The notes: generated from the letters alone by a model not told the origin. Numbered from the stretch's first letter, positions 1 to 10,813 are shown. The stretch is 64,000 nt of DNA from an uncultured Planctomycetia bacterium (GCA_964373715.1 CAYJVR010000001.1:269888-333887), one strand, 5' to 3'. Translations and numbers: made by a program.

Positions 1-91
1 GCGCCAGATGCATCATCCCGAAGCTGATGAGGGTGATGCCGAAAAAGACCGGGATCATCGAGAGGAGCCTCTTCGCGAGATAGAGTCCCAT
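1..91 (-). CDS. ABC transporter permease (DppB/OppB-like), N-terminal fragment; gene continues beyond the window start
   Basis: Minus-strand translation from the ATG at about 91..89 gives MGLYLAKRLLSMIPVFFGITLISFGMMHLA, a typical peptide-ABC permease N-terminus. It starts 2 nt after the stop of the upstream binding-protein gene. Confidence 0.5.
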   Translation of the reverse strand, partial: MGLYLAKRLLSMIPVFFGITLISFGMMHLA

Positions 92-93
92 CG

Positions 94-1599
94 TTATGCC
101 TCGAAACGGTAGCGCTGTTTGTCGGCCGGCACGTACCAGTGGATCAAGTTATGGCCGATCCCGATCGGGGTAACCTCCACCTCCTGAAAACGCCTATGGA
201 CCGCGGGCAGAGCCTGCGGGACATAGAGGAAGCAGACCGGCTGGTCCTCGTGCAGGATCTTGTGGAATTCCCGATAGATCTGGGTTCTCTTCGTTTGGTC
301 AAAGGTTCTCCTCCCCTCCTCGAGCAGTTTGTCCACGCGGGGGTTGGAATAGCTGATGAAGTTGAATTCTCCCGGCCCCGTTTTCGAAGAGTGCCACAAA
401 TCGAATTGGTCCGGGTCCCTGGAGAGGGACCAGCCCATGAGGACCGCCTCGAACCGCTTCTTGTCAATGAATTCATGCAGCAGCGCCGACCATTCGAGTA
501 TCCGGATCTTCATCCGGATGCCGACCTCCGAGAGGCGCCGTTGGATGATCTGCGCGGTCAGTTCCCTCGGGAGATTTCCTTGGTTCGTGATCAGCGTGAA
601 TTCAAACGGCTGCCCCTCCTTGTCCAGGATTCCGTCCCCGTTGGTGTCCCGCCAGCCGGCGGAGGCGAGCAGCCCTTTTGCCTTGGCGGGATTAAGCGGT
701 TCCGGCTGTATGCCGGGGTCGTAGGCCCAGGATTCTTTCGGGAACGGCCCCGTCGCGGGGTCTCCCAGGCCCATGAGGACCCCCCGGATGATCTCCTCTT
801 TGTCGATCGCGCAGTCAATAGCCTGCCGCACGAGAGGATCCTGGAACTTCGGGTCGAGCAGGTTATAGCCCATGTAGGTGAAGCCGAAGCTCGGGTAGTG
901 GAATTTCTGGAAGAAACGGGAGAAGCGGGGGTTGTTTGAACTCCGGTTGAACTGCAAAGGGGTCAGTCCCGCCGAGTCAACCCCCTGCACCTGCAGTTCG
1001 AGGAAGATGGTGCCCTGGTCGGGAATGATCCGGTAGATAGTCCAGCCGATGAGCGGCGCCCCCTCAAAATAATCGGTGTTCGCCTTGAGTTCGATCCGTT
1101 CTCCCCGGATCCAGCGGTGGAAACGGAACGGCCCGGTCCCGACCGGGTTTTCCTTGAAGGGGGTTTTTGTCAGGTCTTCTCCCTGCAGAAGGTGTTTGGG
1201 AAGTATTCCCATTCCCCATGAGGAGAGGGCCGGGGCGAAAGGTTCCTTGTAGAGGACGCGCACCGTGAACAGGTCCACCAGCTCAAGAGATTTTATTCTC
1301 TCGAAGTCCCCCCGGTAAGGGGTCGGAGTAGCGGGGTCTATGAGGCGCTGGTAGGTGAACTCGACGTCCTCCCCGGTAAACGGGGTGCCGTCGTGCCAGC
1401 GGACGGTTTGCCTCAGATGAAAGATGATTTCGAGGCCGCCCGATTTTATCTCCCAGCTTTCCGCCAGATCTCCGATGAGCTGGAGGTTTTTATCGTACTT
1501 CACAAGGCCGTTGAAGAGCAGGCCGCAGACATCCCCCGAAGCCGAATCTGACGCCAGGATTGGGATCAGCGTGCTCGGTTCGCCGATGGAGGCGGACAC
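94..1599 (-). CDS. ABC transporter substrate-binding protein, family 5 (peptide/nickel, DppA/OppA-like)
   Basis: 501-aa ORF with SBP_bac_5-type composition (…VRWHDGTPFTGEDVEFTY…, …DPRFSRFF…). It is followed by the permease start, matching dppA-dppB order. The true start is uncertain: the tool start is GTG, and an in-frame signal-peptide-like segment lies upstream without a canonical start. Confidence 0.8.
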   Translation of the reverse strand: MSASIGEPSTLIPILASDSASGDVCGLLFNGLVKYDKNLQLIGDLAESWEIKSGGLEIIFHLRQTVRWHDGTPFTGEDVEFTYQRLIDPATPTPYRGDFERIKSLELVDLFTVRVLYKEPFAPALSSWGMGILPKHLLQGEDLTKTPFKENPVGTGPFRFHRWIRGERIELKANTDYFEGAPLIGWTIYRIIPDQGTIFLELQVQGVDSAGLTPLQFNRSSNNPRFSRFFQKFHYPSFGFTYMGYNLLDPKFQDPLVRQAIDCAIDKEEIIRGVLMGLGDPATGPFPKESWAYDPGIQPEPLNPAKAKGLLASAGWRDTNGDGILDKEGQPFEFTLITNQGNLPRELTAQIIQRRLSEVGIRMKIRILEWSALLHEFIDKKRFEAVLMGWSLSRDPDQFDLWHSSKTGPGEFNFISYSNPRVDKLLEEGRRTFDQTKRTQIYREFHKILHEDQPVCFLYVPQALPAVHRRFQEVEVTPIGIGHNLIHWYVPADKQRYRFEA

Positions 1600-1665
1600 G
1601 AGAGCGTCTCCGTAAGAAGGAGAGGATGTCTTCTCGGCGCTGGGAAAAACGGGGAGACAATAGCC

Positions 1666-1681
1666 TGCTGATATCAGCAGG
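1666..1681. repeat. perfect 16-bp palindrome ctgctgat|atcagcag between secG and the ABC binding-protein gene (coordinates +/-1)
   Basis: Read directly from the sequence. On the minus strand it is followed about 14 nt later by cccgtttttccc. Confidence 0.55.
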
Positions 1682-1708
1682 AAACCGGCTAGGGAGGCCG
1701 CGAGAACC

Positions 1709-2113
1709 TTACTGTTGGCCGCCGGAGGTCTCCTGAACGGGCTGTGAAGCCTCTGTTTTTGAAACTGTTTGGGTACTGGCCGTTTTTTGTTCAGTTTGCG
1801 CCACCGGTACAGCGGTTTTTTCGGCGAGAGGCGCCGTTTTTACCGCCGACCTTACCTTCACGCTTGTCATCAGGGATTTGCCCCATTCAACGGATAAAAT
1901 CGCCAGCCCGAGAGAAGTCAGCATGAAAATCGTCGCGCAGACTGTGGTCGCCTTCGTCAGGACGGCCGCTCCGCGCGTGCCCAGAATAGACTGCGCCGCG
2001 CCGCCCCCGAAGGCATCGGAGAGGCCTCCTCCGCGGCCTGCCTGCAGAAGGATGACGGCGACCAGCACGACACAGACGAACAGATGAACCGTGAGTATTA
2101 GCCCGTAGAGCAT
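1709..2113 (-). CDS. secG: preprotein translocase subunit SecG
   Basis: 134 aa with an N-terminal TM helix and the LLQAGRGGGLSDAFGGG motif. It sits immediately downstream of tpiA, the conserved tpiA-secG arrangement. Confidence 0.8.
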   Translation of the reverse strand: MLYGLILTVHLFVCVVLVAVILLQAGRGGGLSDAFGGGAAQSILGTRGAAVLTKATTVCATIFMLTSLGLAILSVEWGKSLMTSVKVRSAVKTAPLAEKTAVPVAQTEQKTASTQTVSKTEASQPVQETSGGQQ

Positions 2114-2892
2114 GGGGATCCTTTCCTTTGGTGAATGCCGGTATTGATAATGGAGAAGAATGATTTCGGGTCAAGGCTCGCGCCTCCCACGAGAGAGCCG
2201 TCCACATCCGGTTGGGACAGCAATTCGCCGGCGTTGTCCGGTTTGACCGACCCCCCGTACTGGATGCGGATCATTTGCGCCTCCGTCTTTCCGAACCGCT
2301 GGGCCAGCCAGTCCCGGATCAGCGCGTGAACTTCCTGCGCCTGCGCGGGGGTCGCGTTGCGGCCTGTGCCTATTGCCCACACCGGTTCATAGGCGATCAC
2401 GAGCTGGCCGGCCGCTTCGGAGGAGGTTGTTCCCTCCAGGTTTATTTCCAATTGGCGTTTGATCACGTTCCACGTTTGGTTGGACTCCCGCTGCTGGAGC
2501 GTTTCCCCGACGCACACGATCACGCTTAAACCTTCTTTCACGACTGCGCGGACCTTCTTTTGAATCAGCTCGTCCGTTTCGCCGAATATCTGGCGGCGTT
2601 CGGAATGCCCTAGGATCACATACCGGCAGCCGATCTCTTTCAGCATTGCCGGTGAGATTTCACCGGTGAAAGCCCCTTTTGTTTCGGAGTAGGTGTTCTG
2701 CGCCCCGAGAAGGAGGCGGCTTCCCTTGATCGCCTGCCCGACGCTTGCAAGGGCCGTAAACGGTGGGCACAGCACAACCTCCGCTTCCGAGTCCGCGGGG
2801 AGCTCCTTTAAAAGTTCCTGGACGATCGCGGTTGCCTCCTGCAGAGTGCCGTTCATCTTCCAGTTGCCTGCAACGATCAGTCGCCGTTTCAT
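2098..2892 (-). CDS. tpiA: triosephosphate isomerase
   Basis: 264 aa with AGNWKMN near the N-terminus, VILGHSERR and GGSV motifs. Confidence 0.9.
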   Translation of the reverse strand: MKRRLIVAGNWKMNGTLQEATAIVQELLKELPADSEAEVVLCPPFTALASVGQAIKGSRLLLGAQNTYSETKGAFTGEISPAMLKEIGCRYVILGHSERRQIFGETDELIQKKVRAVVKEGLSVIVCVGETLQQRESNQTWNVIKRQLEINLEGTTSSEAAGQLVIAYEPVWAIGTGRNATPAQAQEVHALIRDWLAQRFGKTEAQMIRIQYGGSVKPDNAGELLSQPDVDGSLVGGASLDPKSFFSIINTGIHQRKGSPCSTG

Positions 2893-4073
2893 GGTTTTAT
2901 TTAACGCCTTGGGCCTCTTTTGTCATCAAAGCGGCCACGCCGGGGAGCACACGTCCTTCCAGGAACTCCAGGCTGGCCCCCCCTCCGGTGGAGACGTGTG
3001 TCACCTTATCGGCGAGCCCGAACTTCACAACCGCCGCGGCGGAATCTCCGCCGCCGATTACGCTGACGGCGCCGGAGGCCGCGACCGCCTCGGCGATTGC
3101 CCTTGTCCCTTTCGAGAAAGGGTCCATTTCAAAAACCCCCATCGGGCCGTTCCAGAGGATTGTTTTGGCTCCCGAGAGTGTTTTCTTATAATCCTCGACT
3201 GTTTTCGGCCCGATGTCAACCCCTTCCCATCCGTCGGGCACGCCCGGTTTCTCGGTGACCCGGACGTTGGCGTCCGCCGCGAAGCGGTCGGCGATCACAT
3301 GGTCCAGCGGTAGCTTCAGCGGGATACCCCGCTGTTTTGCCTTGGCCGTAATTTCTTTCGCGATGTCCAGTTTGTCCTTCTCGACCGGCGAAGATCCGAC
3401 CCCGATCCCCTGCGAGACGAAGAAGGTATACTGCATTCCGCCGCCGATCAGGATCCCATCCACCTTGTCCATCAGGTTGTTGATCAGCTTGATCTTGTCG
3501 GAGACCTTTGCTCCGCCCAGGATCAGCCAGTAGGGCCTTTTCGGGTTGTGGAGCACCTGCGCTAAAGCCTCCAGCTCTTTCTGCATCAGGAAGCCGGCCG
3601 CCGCCGGCAGGTGGTGCGCGACTCCCTCGGTGGAGGCGTGCGCCCGGTGCGCGGTGCCGAAAGCGTCGTTCACGTAGAGATCGCCCAGTTTGGCCAAGGC
3701 TTTCGAGAAGGCCGGATCGTTTGTTTCTTCCTCAGCGTGGAAGCGGAGATTTTCCAGGAGGAGAACGTCGCCCGGTTGGAGGCGGTTGACCATCTCCTCC
3801 ACCTGCGGTCCGACGCAGTCCGTCGCCGTCTGGACCGGTTTTCCGAGCAATTTCCCGAGAGATTCGGCCACCGGGGCGAGCTTGTATTTCTCCACGACCT
3901 GCCCGTCCGGACGGCCGAGGTGGCTCATCAGGATCAGTTTCGCCTTCTTTTCCAGCGTGTAGCGGATCGTCGGCAGCGCCGCTTCGATCCGGGTCGTATC
4001 GGAAACGTGGCCGTCCTTCAGAGGGACGTTGAAGTCCACCCGCATCAGGACTCGCTGGTTTGCGAGGTTTAGG

Positions 4074-5120
<1,047 letters not shown>

Positions 5121-5196
5121 CTTTTTCTCCCTTCCTTTAATCTATTTCAATAAAAATAGCTGTTGTTGTTTTATGGAAAACCTTGCCTGCAGATGA
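5121..5196 (-). promoter_or_regulatory. AT-rich leader/promoter region upstream of gap with Shine-Dalgarno aaggaagggagaaaag just 5' of the gap ATG
   Basis: This 76-bp stretch is the only AT-rich non-coding gap in the first 8 kb. The minus-sense sequence reads …tttattgaaatagattaaaggaagggagaaaagATG. Confidence 0.35.
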
Positions 5197-6192
5197 TTAT
5201 TTTTCTCCGCGAAGGTACTTGGCGGCGACTTCGGGAGGCGTTGGGTTAACGTAGAACCCCGATCCCCATTCAAACCCAGCAACGCGGGTTAACCGGGGCA
5301 TGAGCTCAATATGCCAATGATACCCCTCCGGCGGCGTTGCCGCAAGGGGGGATGTGTGGATCATAAAATTATAGGAGGGGTTACGGAGGACTTCCTTGAT
5401 CCGGATCAGGACCTGGCGCAGCGCTTCACCGGTCTCTTTCAGCAATTTCGGGGGGGAGGCGGCGAAGTCGGCCGCGTGCTTTTTCGGGATGAGCCACAGT
5501 TCGAACGGGAACCGGGAGGCGAACGGGGCGAAACAGAGGATCTCCGGCGTTTCCAGCACCACCCTGGACCGTTCGGAGGTTTCCTGCCGGATCATTTCGC
5601 AGAAGACGCAGCGCTGGTTCTGTTCATAATATCGGTCGGCCCCCCGGATCTCTTCCATTACTCGTTTGGGGACGATCGGCAGCGCGATCAGCTGGCAGTG
5701 ACTGTGGCTTAAAGAGGCGCCTGCCGAGGCTCCGTGGTTTTTAAAAATCAGAAGGTATTTGAACCGTTTGTCTTTGCGCAGATCAATCGACCGCTCCTGA
5801 AACGCGCGCATCAGCAGCTCCATCTGCTCAGGCTGGAGGTCGGCCAGATCTTTCGAATGATCGGGTGTCTCGACGATTACTTCGTGGGCCCCGACGCCGT
5901 TCATCAGGTCGTAGATGCCGGCGCCGGTCCGGTCCAGATCACCTTCTATCCTTAAAGCCGGGAATCTGTTAGGGAATATCCTGAGCGACCAGGAAGGGTC
6001 ATTTGCCTGCCCTCCCTTGGGGCGGACCGCCGCGATCTCAGGCGGGGTCATCTGCTCGCTTCCGGGACAGAAGGGGCATGAGTCGGTCCCTTTTTTACGG
6101 GGTTCCGGTTCGAAGTCGGCGGGAGACATCGGGTTGTCGGTGGAGACGATCACCCATCTGTAAACTGCCGAATCCATACGGATTTCCGCCAT
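5197..6192 (-). CDS. galT: galactose-1-phosphate uridylyltransferase family protein (HIT superfamily, GalT class I), paralog 1
   Basis: Motifs CPFCPG (zinc site), FKNHG, HSHCQ (H-x-H-x-Q) and FPFELWLIPKKH plus C-terminal AGFEWGSGFY. The tool ORF (to 6324) adds an Arg/Ser-rich artefactual extension; the start was moved to MAEIRM at 6192, which has an AGGAGG SD. Confidence 0.75.
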   Translation of the reverse strand: MAEIRMDSAVYRWVIVSTDNPMSPADFEPEPRKKGTDSCPFCPGSEQMTPPEIAAVRPKGGQANDPSWSLRIFPNRFPALRIEGDLDRTGAGIYDLMNGVGAHEVIVETPDHSKDLADLQPEQMELLMRAFQERSIDLRKDKRFKYLLIFKNHGASAGASLSHSHCQLIALPIVPKRVMEEIRGADRYYEQNQRCVFCEMIRQETSERSRVVLETPEILCFAPFASRFPFELWLIPKKHAADFAASPPKLLKETGEALRQVLIRIKEVLRNPSYNFMIHTSPLAATPPEGYHWHIELMPRLTRVAGFEWGSGFYVNPTPPEVAAKYLRGEK

Positions 6193-6211
6193 GCTTTTTA
6201 AGGCCTCCTTT

Positions 6212-7279
6212 TTACGCGAGTCCCGCCGAGGGATGGACGGCGACCGTCTCTTTTGCCTCTCTGAGGAAGTGGGCCGCCTCTTCCGGGGTGAACGGGTTGA
6301 TATAAAAGCCGGATCCCCATTCAAAGCCCGCCACGCGGGTCAGCCTGGGCATTATTTCGATGTGCCAGTGGAAATCCTCGTCAACCGTCCTCCAGTAGCC
6401 GGGTTTCACGGGCCGCCTGAACGGAGCGGTGTGGATGATGTAATTCAGCGGCGGATCGTTTAAAACCTTGGACAGTTTTGAGAAGGCGGTTTTCATCATA
6501 CGGGCCAGGTCATCCCGGTGTTCCGGCGACAAGGTTGTGAAATCGGCGGCGTGGAGTTTAGGAAGTATCCAGAGTTCGAACGGGAACCGGGAAGCGAAAG
6601 GGGTCAGTGCCACGAAGTAGGGGGTTTCGGCCGCGATCCGTTCCTGCGAGTCGAACTCTTGCCGGAGCATGTCGCAGAGAACGCACCGCTCCTTCATCTC
6701 GAAATAGGCCCGCGCTCCCCGGAGTTCTTCCCTGACCCGGATCGGATTGATCGGCAGTGCGATCAGCTGGGACCGGCAGTGCCGGAATTGGCCTTCCCCT
6801 GCCGCCTGGCCGTGGTTTTTGAACAGGAGCACGTATCTGAAACGGGGGTCCTTTTCCAGGTCCGTGATTCTCTCGATGTAGACATTAATGATCTGCCGGA
6901 TCTGCGTTTCCGGCAGATCGGTCAGGGAACTGACATGGGAGGGACTCTCGATCACGATTTCATGGGCGCCGATCCCGCTGGTAATTTCGTAGATCCCCTG
7001 TTTTTCCTGTTTCAGGTCCCCTTCTATCCTGAGGACCGGGGCGATGGAGGGGACGACCCGCACGTTCCAGCCCGGGCTGTTCGGCCTGCTGCCGGCGGGA
7101 CGTATGGCCCTGATCTCAGGAGAGGTTTTTGCCTCATGACCTTCGCAGAACGGGCAGTCCTCCTGGGGCGGTTCCTGTTCCGGAGTTTCCAAGTCGAGGA
7201 ATTCGTCCGGCCGCTTTGCTCTTTCGGTCGAGATAATGACCCATCTGCCGACCAGAGGATCCTTCCGAAGTTCAGGCAT
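6212..7279 (-). CDS. GalT-family (HIT) uridylyltransferase-like protein, paralog 2, with altered H-x-H-x-Q motif
   Basis: About 50% identical to paralog 1 (CPFCEG, FKNHG, FPFELWILPKLH, AGFEWGSGFY), but the catalytic signature reads FRHCRSQ instead of H-x-H-x-Q. The start was chosen at MPELRKDPLVGRW (7279); the tool ORF extends to 7363 and overlaps fmt. Confidence 0.7.
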   Translation of the reverse strand: MPELRKDPLVGRWVIISTERAKRPDEFLDLETPEQEPPQEDCPFCEGHEAKTSPEIRAIRPAGSRPNSPGWNVRVVPSIAPVLRIEGDLKQEKQGIYEITSGIGAHEIVIESPSHVSSLTDLPETQIRQIINVYIERITDLEKDPRFRYVLLFKNHGQAAGEGQFRHCRSQLIALPINPIRVREELRGARAYFEMKERCVLCDMLRQEFDSQERIAAETPYFVALTPFASRFPFELWILPKLHAADFTTLSPEHRDDLARMMKTAFSKLSKVLNDPPLNYIIHTAPFRRPVKPGYWRTVDEDFHWHIEIMPRLTRVAGFEWGSGFYINPFTPEEAAHFLREAKETVAVHPSAGLA

Positions 7280-7286
7280 GGGGGTA

Positions 7287-8243
7287 TTATAGGCTTTGTT
7301 TCGGACGGGTAAAGGATGTTCCGGCCGGCAACCGGTGACCTCGGAGAAAGCTTTCGGTATCAAGAGCTTTCCCTCCTTCCATCTGGAGCCGGTCTATCCT
7401 CAGCTGGCCTGAGCTTGTTTGCACCCAGAGGCCGTGCACTGCGTCCGCCGAAACAATGGCGCCCGGCTTTTTACCGGCAGCGTTGCGGGAGGCGTCCGGA
7501 AATGTCTCGAAGAGTTTCAGGAGCTTTCCTTCCGATTCGGTCATGGCGCCCGGCCATGGTTGGAGGCCGCGGACCCTGTTATGGATCGCCGTGCAATCCT
7601 CCTCCCACCGGATGATGCCGTCCTCTTTTTTGAGCGGCGGCGCGGCCGTGGCGGCGTCGTCATTTTGGGCATGAAGATGGGCCTGGCCGTTATCGAGCAG
7701 TTCTAGGGCGTCCACGAGAGCCCGAGCTCCTACCGTTGAGAGCAGGTGGCTTAAGGTTGCGGCGTTGTCCTGCGGGTCGATTTTGTGATGCATCTGAAGA
7801 AGGATTGGCCCGTGATCGAGCTGGTCGTCGAGACGGAAGATCGTGACCCCGGTTTCCTGCTCTCCGCGGATCAGCGCCCATTGGATCGGGGCCGCCCCCC
7901 TGAATTTCGGGAGGAGGGAGGGGTGGAGGTTGACCGCACCTTTCGGGAAAACCGCCAACAGGGGGGGCGGAAGGATCCGGCCGTAGGCGACCACCACTGC
8001 GCATTCGGGACGCAAGGCGCGTATGGATTGGAGGAAATTTTCATCCCCCGGGTCTTTCGGTTGAAAGACCTGAATCCCGGCCGCACAAGCCGCTTCTTTG
8101 ACCGCCGGATGGACAGGTTCTTTCGCCCGCTTTTTGGGGCGGTCCGGCTGCGTGACCACGGCCGCCACCTCGTGGGCGGCTTCCAGGACCTGCTGCAGGC
8201 TTGGGACCGCAAATTCTGGTGTTCCGAAAAAAATAATGCGCAT
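7287..8243 (-). CDS. fmt: methionyl-tRNA formyltransferase
   Basis: MRIIFFGTPEFAVPSL N-terminus and HPSLLPKFRGAAPIQWA motif; upstream partner def. Confidence 0.9.
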   Translation of the reverse strand: MRIIFFGTPEFAVPSLQQVLEAAHEVAAVVTQPDRPKKRAKEPVHPAVKEAACAAGIQVFQPKDPGDENFLQSIRALRPECAVVVAYGRILPPPLLAVFPKGAVNLHPSLLPKFRGAAPIQWALIRGEQETGVTIFRLDDQLDHGPILLQMHHKIDPQDNAATLSHLLSTVGARALVDALELLDNGQAHLHAQNDDAATAAPPLKKEDGIIRWEEDCTAIHNRVRGLQPWPGAMTESEGKLLKLFETFPDASRNAAGKKPGAIVSADAVHGLWVQTSSGQLRIDRLQMEGGKALDTESFLRGHRLPAGTSFTRPKQSL

Positions 8244-8255
8244 GTTGTGCCTTCT

Positions 8256-8774
8256 TTACAGTTTGATCTGCCGGAGCGTTCGGGCTACAGACTCGTACTC
8301 TTTCAGGAGTTTGAGTTTTTTCCATGGAGAGACCCGGTCCACGAAAAGGCGGCCGCCGAGATGGTCCGTTTCATGCTGGAGAATCTTGGCCAGCAGTTGA
8401 ACCGCTTCCAGGGTGACCGGTTTGCCTTCCCTATTGAGCCCGGAAACGGTCACCTGAGCGGCGCGTGTTACCTCGGAGGATATCCCGGGCAGAGATAAGC
8501 ACCCCTCCGGAGAGGAGGTTTTTCCGGATCTCTTCTCGATGACCGGGTTGATGAGAACGATCTCGTTTCCCCTTTCCCCGTCCGGGTTGGCGACCAGGAT
8601 CGCCCATTCGGACCCGATCTGGTTTGCGGCCAATCCGACCCCGCGTGCCGCATGCATGGTGCGGATCATCACCCCCACAAGGTTTTCGATATCGGGCGTA
8701 ATAGTCTTTACCTGCTTGGCGGAACGGTGCAGGATTGGATCCGGTTCCTTGACAATTTTGGCAATCATCCCCAC
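8256..8774 (-). CDS. def: peptide deformylase
   Basis: Motifs GVGLAANQIG, EGCLSLPG and HETDHLGG. Confidence 0.9.
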   Translation of the reverse strand: MGMIAKIVKEPDPILHRSAKQVKTITPDIENLVGVMIRTMHAARGVGLAANQIGSEWAILVANPDGERGNEIVLINPVIEKRSGKTSSPEGCLSLPGISSEVTRAAQVTVSGLNREGKPVTLEAVQLLAKILQHETDHLGGRLFVDRVSPWKKLKLLKEYESVARTLRQIKL

Positions 8775-8794
8775 GTTCTCTCTTTAAGGTTATT

Positions 8795-10813
8795 TTATAA
8801 GGGATCCACGTCTACGGCCAAATAAGATCCTTTAGGAGGGTGACAATGGCTTAAGACCTCTTCCAGCTTCGGCAGGATGTTCTCGAGCGACTTGGCCTTC
8901 ACAAGGATTTGCCACCGGTATTGCCTCCTCAACCGGGGGATCGCCGCCGGAGAGGGTCCCAGGATCTCGGCAGAGTTCGCTGGGAGGCAGCGGCGGAGTT
9001 CGCCGGAAAGATCCTCCGCCGTCTGAATCGCTTTGCTTTCCTTGGGACTCCGGACCGTCAGCTGGACCAAACGGGTGAACGGGGGAAGGCCGAGCTCCCG
9101 GCGGATCTGGATCTCCTGGCGGTAGAACGATTCATAATCGTGCAGGCTCGCCGCCTGGATGCCGTAATGATGGGGCGTGCAGGTTTGGACGATCACCTTT
9201 CCCGGCAGGCTGCTGCGCCCCGCCCTTCCGGCGACCTGGGTGATCAGGTTGAAGGTCCTTTCCGCCGACCGGAAGTCCGGCAGGTTCAGCGCCGTGTCGG
9301 CTGAAATCACCCCGACTAGCGTGACGCGCGGATAATCGAGCCCTTTGGCCACCATCTGTGTTCCCACAAGGACGTCAATCTCCCCTTTCCGGAACGCGGT
9401 AAGGATTTTTTCATGCGACCCCCTGATCTTGGTGGAGTCCGTGTCCATCCGGGCGATTTTTGCGCCGGGGAAATGGCGTGCCAGCTCGCTTTCAACACGC
9501 TGGGTCCCGGTCCCCTTAAAACGGACATACTCAGAGCGGCAATTGGGGCACAATTTTGGGGCTTCCAACGAGGCGCTGCAGTAATGGCAAATCAGTAGTT
9601 TTGTTTCGATGTGGTAGGTCAAGGAGACCTGGCAGGAGGCGCATTTCATCGTGTGGCCGCATTTCTTGCACTGGACGAAAGTGGAAAATCCCCGGCGGTT
9701 GAGAAACAGGATCGCTTGCTGGCTCTCCTCCAGGGTTTTTGCCAGTGCCTCTTCGAGCGCCCGCGAAAAGATAGAGCTTCGTTTCCCGAGGCTGAATTCT
9801 TCCCGCATGTCCACAATCTCCACTCGAGGAAGAGGGACTGCGTCCACCCGTTTTTTCAGCTGCAAAAAGCGGTACCGGCCGGAGGAGGCCAGGTAGTACG
9901 ACTCTAATGAGGGGGTGGCGCTGCCTAAGATCACCGCCCCGCCGGAGAGTTCCCCTCGACGGATCGCCACTTCGCGAGCATGATAGCGCGGGGCATCGTC
10001 CTGTTTATAAGAAGGTTCGTGTTCTTCATCCACCACGATGAGACCGAGGATCTTGACCGGGGCGAACACGGCAGATCGGGCCCCGACGACAACCCTTGCT
10101 TGGCCGGCTTCGATCCGGCGCCATTCCTGCAGGCGCCTGCTTTCGAGCATCCCGCTGTGCAGCAGAGCCACCTGCTCCCGCCCGAAACGCCCCTGGAACC
10201 GTTCGATGGCCTGCGGGGTCAGAGAGATTTCCGGAACAAGGACGATCGCGGAACGCCCCCTTTCCAAGGTCCGCTGGATTGCCTGCAGGTAGACCTCGGT
10301 TTTTCCGCTGCCGGTGACGCCGTGAAGCAGGAAGATCTGGTGTTTCAAACTGTCAAGTGAGGCGCAGACTGCTTGGTAAGCGGCATTTTGTTCGCCCGTC
10401 AGCGTGTGGGGCGGGTTTGGGAGGATCTCACGGACCGCCTCCTCCTCTCGGGGAGTCATCGAACTGCGGCCGCGCCTTAACGGGCCAGGCAGAGCCGATT
10501 CGAGCGTCTGCCCCCACCCCGCTTGATAGGTGCGCGCCATCCATTTGGTCAGTTCGAGAATGTCCGGCTCGAATACCGGTTTCTCATCCAGAAGGCCGGC
10601 GATCGGTTTGACCGATGGAACCTCCGCTTTCGCGACGAATCCGACAACAATCCCCATGATGTGGCGCCGACCGAACGGGACTCTTACCCGCTGTCCGGCG
10701 GCGATCTGTTTTTTGAATTCGGCAGGGATCCGGTAATGGAATGTCGCTCTTAGCGGCAGCCCGACCACCACTTCGGCAAACCGAGACCGGGCGGCGGTTT
10801 CATCCGCCGGCAT
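8795..10813 (-). CDS. priA: primosomal protein N' (replication restart helicase PriA)
   Basis: 672 aa; Walker A GVTGSGKTEVY, DEEHEPSYKQ, a Cys-rich zinc-binding insert (CKKCGHTMKCASCQ…CHYC…CPNC) and a helicase C-terminal domain. Confidence 0.9.
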   Translation of the reverse strand: MPADETAARSRFAEVVVGLPLRATFHYRIPAEFKKQIAAGQRVRVPFGRRHIMGIVVGFVAKAEVPSVKPIAGLLDEKPVFEPDILELTKWMARTYQAGWGQTLESALPGPLRRGRSSMTPREEEAVREILPNPPHTLTGEQNAAYQAVCASLDSLKHQIFLLHGVTGSGKTEVYLQAIQRTLERGRSAIVLVPEISLTPQAIERFQGRFGREQVALLHSGMLESRRLQEWRRIEAGQARVVVGARSAVFAPVKILGLIVVDEEHEPSYKQDDAPRYHAREVAIRRGELSGGAVILGSATPSLESYYLASSGRYRFLQLKKRVDAVPLPRVEIVDMREEFSLGKRSSIFSRALEEALAKTLEESQQAILFLNRRGFSTFVQCKKCGHTMKCASCQVSLTYHIETKLLICHYCSASLEAPKLCPNCRSEYVRFKGTGTQRVESELARHFPGAKIARMDTDSTKIRGSHEKILTAFRKGEIDVLVGTQMVAKGLDYPRVTLVGVISADTALNLPDFRSAERTFNLITQVAGRAGRSSLPGKVIVQTCTPHHYGIQAASLHDYESFYRQEIQIRRELGLPPFTRLVQLTVRSPKESKAIQTAEDLSGELRRCLPANSAEILGPSPAAIPRLRRQYRWQILVKAKSLENILPKLEEVLSHCHPPKGSYLAVDVDPL

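Noticed and set aside
2135-2529. Small ORFs (60-110 aa) inside or antisense to tpiA, pgk and gap
   Set aside because: They are entirely nested within strongly supported glycolytic genes and have no motifs.
6193-6324. N-terminal basic extensions on tool ORFs (5197..6324, 10800..11699, 37061..38440, 14929..16101, 34114..36066)
   Set aside because: The extensions (for example MNGDPAFISTRSPRKRRPTSSERQKRR) are low-complexity read-through into the upstream gene. Internal ATGs with SD sequences or ATGA overlaps give homolog-length proteins.
5221-6440. Possible gene conversion between the two GalT paralogs, based on nucleotide similarity of their 3' ends
   Set aside because: Similarity is about 85% over about 50 nt, coinciding with an identical peptide (AGFEWGSGFY) and shared codon bias. 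That is insufficient to claim conversion rather than ordinary paralog conservation.
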